From Phoronis australis (taxonomy: Eukaryota > Animalia > Phoronida), in contig NMRA01000609.1 in NCBI GenBank assembly GCA_002633005.1, positions 48,977 to 112,976 of the forward strand: a stretch of DNA of 64,000 nt, in the 5' to 3' direction. Positions 39,301 through 51,300 of this stretch are shown piece by piece. Every line of letters begins with the position of its first letter. The stretch's first letter is position 1. The translations under genes were made by a program, and so were the position numbers. Below the pieces are notes generated by a model. It had not been told where the DNA came from, did not search any database, and was given only the letters and a program-made list of their open reading frames with translations.

Positions 39301-42300
39301 TAAGGTCTATATAACTTATCTGATTATGAAGACGAGTATTCCTACACTATAGGGATTCTTCCATTTCATTGTTGGTTTTGTTTGAATCTCATTGCTGTTT
39401 TGAATTTAAATCAATAGTTTTCTGTAAAACCAGGTGAAAAAGCACAATTTTCTTAATTAAACTGTGAAGTTAGTTGAACCTGTCAAACGGGCTTCGGTAG
39501 TTAGTGAACACTGAAGTTAGATGGCGCTCTTAAAATGTTATGGAGGCGTATTTTTTTAAATTTGATATATATTTAGTCAAATGTTAAATGAAACGAAGTG
39601 CTTGCAAGTTGGAGACGTGAATATTTAAATAAAGTATGTACATCGCATGCCATTACTGACAGCAGACGATAACTCCGATGATGCGGCAGTTAGTCAGTCA
39701 TTCCACATCGAAGCATTGGCGCTCCGCGATTAAATCTTCCTGTTTACTGCGAAGTTATCTTGAAAGTGCTGTTACTAGTGACTTACACTGCAGTGAAGTT
39801 AACTGTACAGAGTAATCGACGGTCCTCAAGACATTGACATATGGACGTTGGTATGAAAGAGTGATAAAGATGATGGCTTTGCTTCGGTACATCATAAACC
39901 GATATTTCTGATGTGGAATATTTACCATAAGCTTGCTTTATAGCCATTGAGTAAACGTGAGGTATTGATTTCCATCAGCTGCACTGTAGCCTTTGCCATT
40001 TTTAAGAGCTATGGTTATGGAGGCACGTTTTGAGTGTGGTGTTGTCCAGTTCGTCTGGTGTGTTTCGCATTAATTAGCTTTAGTCTAAACTTAATGTTAT
40101 AATTTACAGGAATATAATTTATGTGAAAAAGCCATTTCCCCAGCCCAGTGACTTAGACTGACACTAGTGTGAATCCAGTCAGTCTTTTTTGACTGGAGAA
40201 ATTGCAAGCTATTTTCATGTTGTTGATAAATTGTGTTAGAATTGAGCAGCTGTGTTGGATTTTGTCATATGACATGTTGAATAATCTATTGATAGTTGAA
40301 CGTCAGGCTAATGAATTGTGGAAACGTCATTTTTTGTATTTTTAAGAATCTTGCTACTGCACATACTCATGAAGTGCAGTTTGTACATGGATGAATGTGA
40401 TGATGGTCACTATGAGACTTGCTTCATTTTTGTTAACAGATTTTCACCAAAAACTAGTGTTCTTACATATCATGTTCACTGTAGGGTTCATTAATGGCTC
40501 TTCAAGATGTCGAGTGACAATTTGTCTGCCATCTTTATGAATGGCAAGAGTTTGTTGCATGACGAAATTTCATCATAAACCAAAATTGTAACTTTTTCCA
40601 AACTTACAATTGAGTGCAGTTTGAAAAATGACAAATTGATTTACACTGTCCAAAATTCAAGTATCTTAGCTGGTTTCGTAGCTCAGTATGGAGTCAGTCA
40701 GTCTTTTAGGCTATAGGATTCACGAACCTGGCATGACATCAAAGTTTTATATTGTCTATTGCTGTTGGCTACTCCATTAGTGAAAGATCATTCCATGGAG
40801 TATAATTTGTTGGACAGCCTTTTGAGCATGAGTGATTTCAATGGCTTTAAGAGCTCTCATGCTCTCCTGGCTTGGTTATATTGAAAGGCCTTTCATCCTT
40901 ACCACAGTGTTGCCATGTCTCCCATGTGGTTGAGAAGTCACCTCTTTTGTTCACACCTACAGCATTTTATGAGACCTGTCATGACCCATTCTTCCAGTCC
41001 ACACCATTTCGAACCAGTTCCCACTGGTGTGTTGACGGATTTGCCAAATTTGTGGCAAAGGTTGGACATTGTTCTCTGCGAGCTACAGTGTTTGAATTTA
41101 AAATTGTAGAATGTTGACAAATTTGTCAAAATTCATCTAGCTTTATTAAAGTCATAGCATGAATTTGGAGAGAAATCCATACAATGTGTCACAGTGATTT
41201 GTTGCAATAAAATACCATTTTTGTAGGAGTTAAATGGGACATTATTGTGCCTAGCTGCTAATTATTTATGTAAAAGACTTGGCGCAGTAAGTTGTCTTGA
41301 TTTTGTCTGATAATTTGATTTTGTCTTAATTGAGCCGGAATTGAAGCAGATTCTGCTCCACAGCATATGGCTGTTAAGTTGATGTTTAGTGCAGCAAAAC
41401 TAATGGTCGATTTCTGTATTGAAAACTGCTGAGGATGCCTATTAACGTTTCATGTCACTCATAAAAAGCAGATCACATAAAAAAATGCCAAGTTATTTTT
41501 TTTAAGTTTCTCTCTTGTCACAAGTGTTGTGTTCCTGTAGTAAAGTCTCACCAATTAAAGACACAATATGGCAGAAGTGAAATTTTCTTTTCTTTTTATT
41601 GGTATGGGGACAATACCTGGATTGAAAGCTGCTGGAACTGTTCGTAACCTTCACCAAGTGTCACAAATTTATGGCTCAGGCCTCAGAGACATCAACTGTG
41701 TTATGAAAACAATTGTAAGACCTTATAATTCCTTATGAATTAAAAGTTCATTGTTGTGTCTTGAGGCAGTTTGGTCTAGTGCCCAGATAAGTGTCTTCTT
41801 TCTTTGCTCAAAGTCATGGTTTCGAGTCCCACTGGGGCACTCTGCTGGACCCTTGAGAGTCAGGTCTCTTGCTCCGCAGCTCGGTTTTAATTGTAGGTTA
41901 ATAAAGCATAAAAATGGTTCCAGGTGATCAGGGCAATGGGCCCACCTGAACGGCTTGCGCACGTCTGTTAGAATGTGTACCAGACCTGCAATTATTTTTC
42001 ATCTTGGGTATTCATAGAGCGTTTCTTGCCCTTGACAGGAAGCGCCAGTCTGCGGAGCGAGCTTGTGAAGAGTCGAACCAGGAGTCGCCGAAGAATGAGT
42101 GTGCAATACCAGCGGTGCCCAGCGCCAGCCCTCTCACCAGTATGCCTGGTGCTACAAATGGACAGTCAGAGTAAGAATGGCCGATGTCTGGACAGATAGC
42201 TCATTTCAGAAATAGATGATGAAAGAAAGTTAATGTGCTGGACAGATTAGTTCAGAAAGTTTTTTTGTTTTGTTTGGCAGAGTACATTAAGATAAAGGTG

Positions 42301-45300
42301 TGCAGAAAAAAATTGACCCCAGAGAAAAATGTTAGCTGAAAAATTTGACTAGTGCATTTGGAACTTGGAATGCTATGTTTTAGAGGCTTGTGTCTTTGAA
42401 GATGGTGACATTAATGCTGTCATGTTGAGTAAATTCTGGCAGTCTTCGATTTTTGTTTAGCATTAGTTGTTTTCGATTTTTGTTTAGCATTAGTTGTTTT
42501 CGTAAGATGCCCTCTGCCTGTCTGTTTTCATGGAGTTTGCTAATAATTATTTTCCTAGAAAAAGTGATGAAGAGAAAGAACTAGTCGAATTCATCCGAGC
42601 AAAGATGGAGGACGATGACGTGCCAAAACTGCCAAAAGACCGAGAGTCGCCAACCGTCGAATCTGAAGGTCGAAGGTCACCCAGTAGCTTAACTGGGTCG
42701 ACGAATTCTGTAAAGAGTCGAAAGAAACGGCCAGCTACGTGGTTCAACAGTGTGAGTACACTACTTGTTTCGTGTGTAGCTATATTTTCCACAGTTTGCA
42801 GAAAAAAGTGTTGGCAGGGTAGACTACCAATCGAAATGAAAAGAATACAGGGTTTGGAGTGATTAAAATCTAAAAAAACAAATATAGTCCCAACACATTT
42901 CTCTCACTTTCTGAGATAGCTGAGCAGATTTTCCCATTTTTTGTATTGACTCGGGATGCTCATTATTGTTGCAGACACAGTTTTTAAAATATTGCATTTA
43001 ACGCTGTTTAGCTGGCTGAAAATTAAAGTCAAATTAGGTCTTGTACTGTGGTAAAATTTGTCCCTTACCCTGGTAAGATTCTGTTTCCGTTATGAACAAC
43101 AACATAGAAATCATTAGCGGGCTCAGGAAAGGCACCTGTTGTGGTTAGCCAAGCCTGAAATGGCAGATTCATTTACGGAGCATTTAGGCATTGCCTGGGA
43201 CTTGAGTTCCCAGCTCATTTGGTAACAATTCAAGATCGTGTGCACACGGAGATGTTTTGAAACTCCAAAGCACTTCCGTTGGGTTGTTTGAGGTCTCTGT
43301 GTTTTTTGGTGATGACGAGCGAGTCAAATGTTATTTCGGCCTAATGTGCACCTTAGCTTGTAGCTGCTTCTTTACCCTGGCATGTAAGGTATTGAAAAAT
43401 GAAAAATGAAAATTGTGACGATTTTCCATTTTTCAATAGTGTTATGCTTTGCATGTTACCAAATGCTGCTTGACTGTGTCGTGTCAGTTTTATCAGAAGG
43501 AAATGCAACATTGGAGATAAAATGGTTTCAACTTGCTTGGTGATCTACAGTTAGGGGCCACAAGGAAACAACTCCTTCTAAAAATTGTTTGCTATAGTCA
43601 ATTTGCCTAGCAGTCTTTGATGATTTCCTGTTGATAAATTGTAACATGATATGCTGTTGTAACTACCCTGGGTATGCGCTATTCACGATGTGTGATATCC
43701 AATGTGCTCATGTTACACATGTAGTATAATGCATTATAATTAACTTGGCTGCATTATGTATCCCTCTTTATCCCGTTTCTGTTTGTTTAATTCCCGAACT
43801 GCAAGCTGACAGACAGACAGTCAGAACGGTGCTATTCATAACCAGATGGATGTTGTTTGGACACTAGTAAAAAATGCCAAGTAAAATGATTCTGCGAGCT
43901 AGCCCATTAAGAGGTCTAGAGAGGGTTCCTGTAATTTTACACACGGTTTTAATGGTGGAACAAACGTTGTCATAAATAAGCCTTGTTTTTGTTGTCAAAA
44001 CGATGCAGTTAATGTTAAAGGGTAAGGCATTTTAAATTTGCATGTGATAATAATCTGCTTTGTGGCGCTTGTTTTTGCGAGGCGTAATTTTACAACTGCT
44101 GGTGAGGTCACAGATTTAACCGGGGGGGGGGGGTGGAGGGGGCAAGAAATAGATAAATTGTTCACTTATTTAGCACGCGATATGACCGAAAAGTGGAAGA
44201 TCTGTTTTGTCAATTTTTTCCACAAAAATGAAAGTTAAGAAATATTGTTTCTGTTACAAGCATGGTTTGTAGTTTTTAGATATCGTAAAACAACTTTTGG
44301 TGTATTTTTCATGATTTGCAGTAACGCTGGCAGTCTTTGAAAACTGGAAAATTTCAATTTTGGCCATTATTTTGGTACGACATAATTGAAGAATTATTGT
44401 ATCAAAATTTACCCAATAGTGGAAAGTTGTCAAAAACTTGCAAGTTTACCTAATGTTCATAACATCCAGCTAGGGGCTAACTATGCTGATTGAGAATAAA
44501 ATCGTCTGATTTTAATGGCATACAATTTAAGGTTAGTTAAGTAAATAGAAATGTGATTACCCCCTGGTGAGATGTCTAATATTTTTTGTGATGTTAGTCA
44601 AAAGATTTACTCAGCAGACGTACTATCAACAAACTCTGACCTCTCTTATTGGCCAGAGAATTTCCTATCAAAAAATTCTGTGCACCATTTCATTGCCCTT
44701 GTTTTGTGTCTAGTTGTTAGTGAGATCGACAGGAATGATTCATTTTGTGTAGCATAGCATATAAATTACAAGTACAATTGAAAACTGATGCTTGTTTTTA
44801 AAAATTATTGCTGCACAGCGGAAAACAAATCATCATTAATTCCATGGATCTGAGAAAGAAATTTGAGAAAATATTTCCACAAACTCCTAATTGGAAACCC
44901 TACTACTCCTTTTTGGTTCCTGTGTTAAAGATAGCTTATAACATAACAAAGGAAATGCAACTCAGTAGTTCGGTAAAAAAGTGTGGTAAAAATGTGTTTA
45001 AATTTCTTGTATATCCAAAAGGAGTATTATTTCCATTTTTGCGAGTGACAACTTCCAACGCCATTTTGTACGTAAAATAATGGCCACCCGCTGTAGCGTG
45101 AAATAAAAAAATGCCCATTAGTTTCACTTTTGAACATGTCAGTTTAAGACAGTGTCTTATCTTTATAACTTGTCATGTGTAAAACTTGTCTCATAAACAG
45201 AAATATAGATCATACGTAGTGATACATGGCTCTGGCATGTTGTCACTTGATTTTCAGACCAGATTAGTAATTTCACAAAATAATCCTTAGCAAATGCAGC

Positions 45301-48300
45301 TGTTTCTTTTGAAAGCAAGTTTTTTAACTTTGATCTTGTTAAATTGTCAATTGTTGGCTAGTCAGTAACTAACTGGCTTCAATATTTTTCTCTAGTTTGG
45401 ATACATGAAGTACAGCTTGAAATTGTCTCAAACTTTTGCTCACGGGCAACATAGACTGAAGTGTGGAAAGGGAGTTGTCTGAGCAGCTGACACTTAAAAC
45501 TAAATCTCCTAGATGAATTAATTCTGTCACTTAAAGTAGCTGCCACTTTCAAGCTTGTTTATTGAAATAATTATTAAAAATCTGCAGTGTCCATGAAAAT
45601 GTATTCGTTAGGCAAGTACATCGAGGTAATCTGTGGGAAACACAAAAGTGATTAGTTTGCAGCATTTTCATTTCAATGGTACTTGGGGCTGGGATGAAAA
45701 TGGAACTTGAAAATAATTTTTGCCATTTTCCACTCCACTTTTGTGCGACCCCAAGATAAGTGTCTATTAGTCTGTGCTCATGCACGTTTGTGGTACATGT
45801 GTCTGAGGCTCTAGTCCAAGGTCAAGCTTGACGACCTCTAGACTCGAGTTACTAACTCGAGCTCAGGCTTAAACATTTAGGCTTAATGCTGGTGTCATCA
45901 AGTGCAACCGAAAATTAGGCAGTTATCCATGTAAGCCATTTTGTACTCGAGCGCAGAACAATGGAGACTTATCTTGTGGGATAGATAGTGACCAAAATAA
46001 TTTCGAGTTCAATTCCGAGGAAAAATATTGTACCCCGGGCTTAAGGTCAAGAGGGTTAGTGAAGTACACCGGATATCATAAACTCATAAACAATTGTAAT
46101 TTGCTGCTTTTTGCTGGTAGTTGTGTGTTTCTTGTGCGATAAATACTTTTCATTTTCATGTAAAGTCAATACCCTATATCTAACATTACCGGATTTCGTA
46201 ATAAATAAATTGATATACATGAAAATTTGAAAACTTTATCCTGCACTGTATTACGTTAGCTCTTTGCCTATTTTAGCGTGTGACATAGCATACAAGTGAA
46301 ATGTCAAAATTTCTATGAAATCATAGCTCAGTAAAATTACGATCTTTTGTTAGTTTGATATGTACTGTGTAGATGTTACAGAATAACATTCGGTAATAAA
46401 AGCTCTTAGCATCTGGACCTTGGTAATCAACCTTTCAAAAATGGAAAAGTACAAATTTTGGAAATTACCGTAAAGTCGCGGGTTAACGCCCATGCCTGGC
46501 TAATCGCCCATCCACGACTTTTTGTCACTGTTAGGTTTAAGCGCCCACTGCTTGGGTAATCACCCATTCCCTACTTTGTGCTAGTCTACTATGAGATTTG
46601 GCCTACGGAGTCCTGGTTGTTACCGACATGGGTTTGTCTAGGTGACAAGTTGTCGAATTACCTAGTATAAATTGTTTCGTATCAAACACCATTTCCGATG
46701 CTTATTTAAGTTCAGTAGATAAAGTTTTTTGAGTGCTTGGCGTGAACAGGTAAAACTTCGAAACATCACCATGTATTTTCAGACAGAGCACTTAATTTTG
46801 CCAGATTTTTCTCCTGGGTTGACTCAGATTTGAATTAATCAGTTAATCAACCCCGCCCTCTCGTTGTAATTCCACGTGATTTTGATACATTTATTTCCTG
46901 GGTCGACCCAGATTTGAATTGAGCTACTATTCGCACCTCCCTCGTTGTAATTGCTTTTGCTAACGGTTTGTGTCGGCCGGGAACGAATTGCCCGTGTTCC
47001 AGTACCGAGTAAACTAAACAATGAATCGAAAGTTTGTCGCGTTAAATACGCAGACAACATTAACAACGACGAGACGGGACCGGAAGGGTTCCAACTGAAC
47101 ACACTCGTACGAACAACACTAACAATAAAATGGCGCTGGAAACGACATGTAGTCCCGTTCACTGATCTGAAACAGTACTTGCTGATGCGGTAAGTGGACT
47201 GCCATTCGCGTTTCATGAAGCTCTGCGGTATGACATAATATATTTCTCGCGAAATCATCCTTTCAAAGTCGAAATCCTGTTTCTGTCCGAGCTGTGAGAA
47301 ACTTTGTTTGACCAAACTTAAAGTTCCGTGCACGAATGAACACTCCGTGAGCTTGCCCAATTTGGCTAAAACTTGGACATAAGTGCCCATCTCCGACTTC
47401 TTGCCAAGTTTTCGGATTAAAGGCCCACTGCCTGGGTAATCGCCCACCCCCTTGCCTCAGGGTTTCCCAATTTAAGTGCCCAGGGCGTTAATCTGCGAGT
47501 TTACGATATTTTTGCGCTAAGAAAGTTGAGAATGACCGTAAGTTTATGATTAGCTCTTATAAAGTCACGTGTTCCCAACAATTAACAACTGTTGTTAATT
47601 ATGAACTAATTGTTTTTGTTGATTTTAATTAATCCTGTATATATTTCCAGGTGTTAAGTCCCACCTACAAGACGAGGTCCGATGAATTACGAAAACAATT
47701 TAAAGATGTACCTCACGATGAACGTCTGCTTATTGGTAAGATTTTCATTCAAAGTAATTTGATTGTTCTTTGGTGCCGTAAAATATCATTACTTGCATTA
47801 ACTTGTCGAAAAAAGAAAGTTTTCAACAAAACCAAGGAAATTACAGTTTGGCACCCATGGACTGATCGAGTTGTCCATGTTTGACATCCAAAGTATCTTG
47901 CTTGTTAAACCCATTGTGTTACGGAAGTTGAATATGTTTGTGGTTTGACCACCATTCATTGACTCTACTGAAACATTACATTTGTTTATTAGCATCAAAA
48001 TGTGAGTATGGAAATATCTCGCAAGTTTTGGACTAATACAATCGATAGGACTGGTTTCTTTCCAATTTTCAAAAGCCTGTGCCTTTGTTTCTCAAAATAT
48101 CATCTTGTATGTGGTAGCTATGGTCCACACCTAAAAATGGCAAAGAATTCTAATGGAGCTACTTATAGTTTATGGAAAAACGAGAAACAAAAAATCTGCC
48201 ATATTGTGTGCTAAATTGGCAAGCTTTTACCGTTCGGTAGTAATCCATCTCAATGTTTTATTACTCAGAACTTGTATCAGCAAATGGCAGTCGATCTGAC

Positions 48301-51300
48301 AGGCATTTGTAACATTTAATTTCAGATTATTCCTGTGCCCTTCAGAAGAACATTCTAGTCCACGGTCGGCTGTACGTCACGCAAGGCTCGATATGCTTCT
48401 ACTCCAACATATTCACCATGGAGACAACAGTGAGTCTAAGCGTAATCAGTGCTGTGGCTGCCATGGTCATAAATTTGATAAGTGGTTATTGCTATCGTGA
48501 GATGTTCCCTCGGTCACTGATATAGCGGTGGTCATGAATCTGGTATTATAGCGTGTCATTTGCTCTCTCCTGATGAACTTATTTGATATGTACATGCCTA
48601 TGTAGATCAGAGAACGTCTGTGGACACGTGCTTGTGTCCAGAATTGTAGAACGTCTGCTTAATAAAAATCGAGGAGTCTAGCTGCTTTTGGGAATAGCGT
48701 GCGAGTGGAACCTGGTCTATGCCTTGTAAATTTGGTAGATGTTGAAGTGTGTTCAATTCAAGGTAAACCGTTTGAAATAAAAGTATGAAGAATTATACAA
48801 AAGACGAAGAGAAAACGGTGGACATAAACCATTTGCTTATACTACTGTTTATTAGTGTACTGTCAAGTGAAGCATTCGCTTACGAGCCTTGATGTAAAAC
48901 ACTTGAGCTGAATTTTTTTCTGGAGAAACATATTGTTTTTTTATAGAAATACAAATCTTAATGTGAGCGTTTACAGTGAAGGGTAAGCCAACTTTTTGCT
49001 AGTATCTTTAATCTCAAATGCCCAGGTGAAACACTGTTTGAGTACTGTCCCTAACAGTTTTTCACCCTTCACAAGTTGTTTCTCGTTATACTGGTTGGGG
49101 TAAGTTTTCTGGGGAAGAAATTGGGACTTCAAAAATCAGTGCGCATTTAACCTGATCGTGGTCGCTTAAAAACGAACTTTATATAAATCAGGAGTGGTGT
49201 CTTAATCAAATGGTCAGTGAAGTTGATTAATGCCCATTGTGCTCAATAGATGTCAGGACTGTACGTTGTAGTCCATGTAGGAAGGGCATAGCATCTAAGA
49301 ATGGAATGAAGCCCGAGATGTGGGTCAGTTGCACGACCTAGCTTTTTTGCAGCCTATCTTTAACTTTTCCAATGGAAATATTGGGCACATAATGAGCTGG
49401 TCACATGCTGTATACGTGAATGCTTTCATCGTATTTTACACATGGCTATGATGTTTTTGGAATGCGCGCGAGCCGAAAAAAACATTTTGTCTCCTTCAGT
49501 AAAGAGTATGGGTATTTTCCCTGTCCAAATAGGACGAGTTTCCACTGAAAGTGAGTGTTAATATTTTACTTCCAGAGAGGATCAGAGAGTTGTGCTTCCA
49601 GTATTAGACATTTTGATGAAAGAAATCTGCACGTGTGATCAAAATGTAGTTCATGCCAAAACTTGAGTGTGCAGTCATGATGACAGCTCAAGTAGAATTG
49701 TCTGCCCTGAAGGCTGAGTGCTCCTCATATCCCCATGAGAGATAACTGTGGGGCGACTTTTTGCTAAGGTTGCGACATCTGTTCGCAGCAGTGTAATCTA
49801 ATTGCTATGCTGGAGGAGGCAGTGTGGCCTGGTTGATAAGTGCCCGCTTTGTTTACTCGAGGTCGTGGGTTCAAGTCCCACCAGGTCACACTGCTAAACC
49901 CTTGAGCCAGGTTTCTAGCTCCTCAGCTCGGTTTTAACCATATATCAATAAAGCATAAAAATATTTCCAGGTGATCAGTGCAATGGGCCCACATGCGAGG
50001 CCTGCGCACGTCTGGTACAACGTGTATCAGACCGCCTGCAATTATTTTTTTTATATTTTTATAATTGCTATGCTCGAGAGCGACCAATTTTGATATCAAT
50101 ATGCTAAGGCGAATTTCGATTCTATTCTTAGGTCCAACTTTTGCCATTAGATGTTATACAAATTGATGGCCTTTTCGACCTTTTGAAGAGTGTTGAGATA
50201 TTGAACAAATTGACAACTCGGGATCTGTCATTAGTTGGAATTTAACAAATGAATTTTGTTACTTAAATTGGTAAGAGTTGACTTAAAAGATGAATAAATT
50301 TGGCAAATACGGATCACATAAAAACAATCATCGATTAACTGAATTCCCAAAAATGTGTATCGTNGATCAGAGAACATCTCTCATGTGGACACGTGCTTGT
50401 GTCCAGAATTGTAGAACGTCTGCTTAATAAAAATCGAGGAGTCTAGCTGCTTTTGGGAATAGCGTGCGAGTGGAACCTGGTCTATGCCTGGTAAATTTGG
50501 TAGATGTTGAAGTGTGTTCAATTCAAGGTAAACCGTTTGAAATAAAATATGAAGAATTATACAAAAGACGAAGAGAAAACGGTGGACATAAACCATTTGC
50601 TTATACTACTGTTTATTAGTGTACTGTCAAGTGAAGCATTCGCTTACGGGCCTTGATGTAAAACACTTGAGCTGAATTTTTTTCTGGAGAAACGTATTGT
50701 TTTTTATATAGAAACACAAATCTTAATGTGAGCGTTTACAGTGAAGGGTAAGCCAACTTTTTGCTAGTATCTTTAATCTCAAATGCCCAGGTGAAACACT
50801 GTTTGAGTACTGTCCCTAACAGTTTTTCACCCTTCACAAGTTGTTTCTCGTTATACTCGTTGGGATAAGTGTCCTGGGGAAAAAATTGGGACTTCAAAAA
50901 TCAGTGCGCATTTAACCTGATCGTGGTCGCTTAAAAACGAACTTTATATAAATCAGGAGTGGTGTCTTAACCAAATGGTCAGTGAAGTTGATTAATGCCC
51001 AGGGTGCTCAATAGATGTCAGGACTGTACGTTGTAGTCCATGTAGGAAGGGCATAGCATCTAAGAATGGAGTGAAGCCCGAGATGTGGGTCAGTTGCATG
51101 ACCTAGCTTTTTTGCAGCGTATCTTTAACTTTTCCAATGCAAATATTAGGCACATAATGAGCTGGCCACATCCTGTGTATGTCAATGCTTTCATCGTATT
51201 TTACACACGGCTATGATGTTTTTGGAATGCGCACGAGCCGAAAAAAACATTTTGTCTCCTTCAGTAAAGAGTATGGGTATTTTCCCTGTCCAAATAGGAC

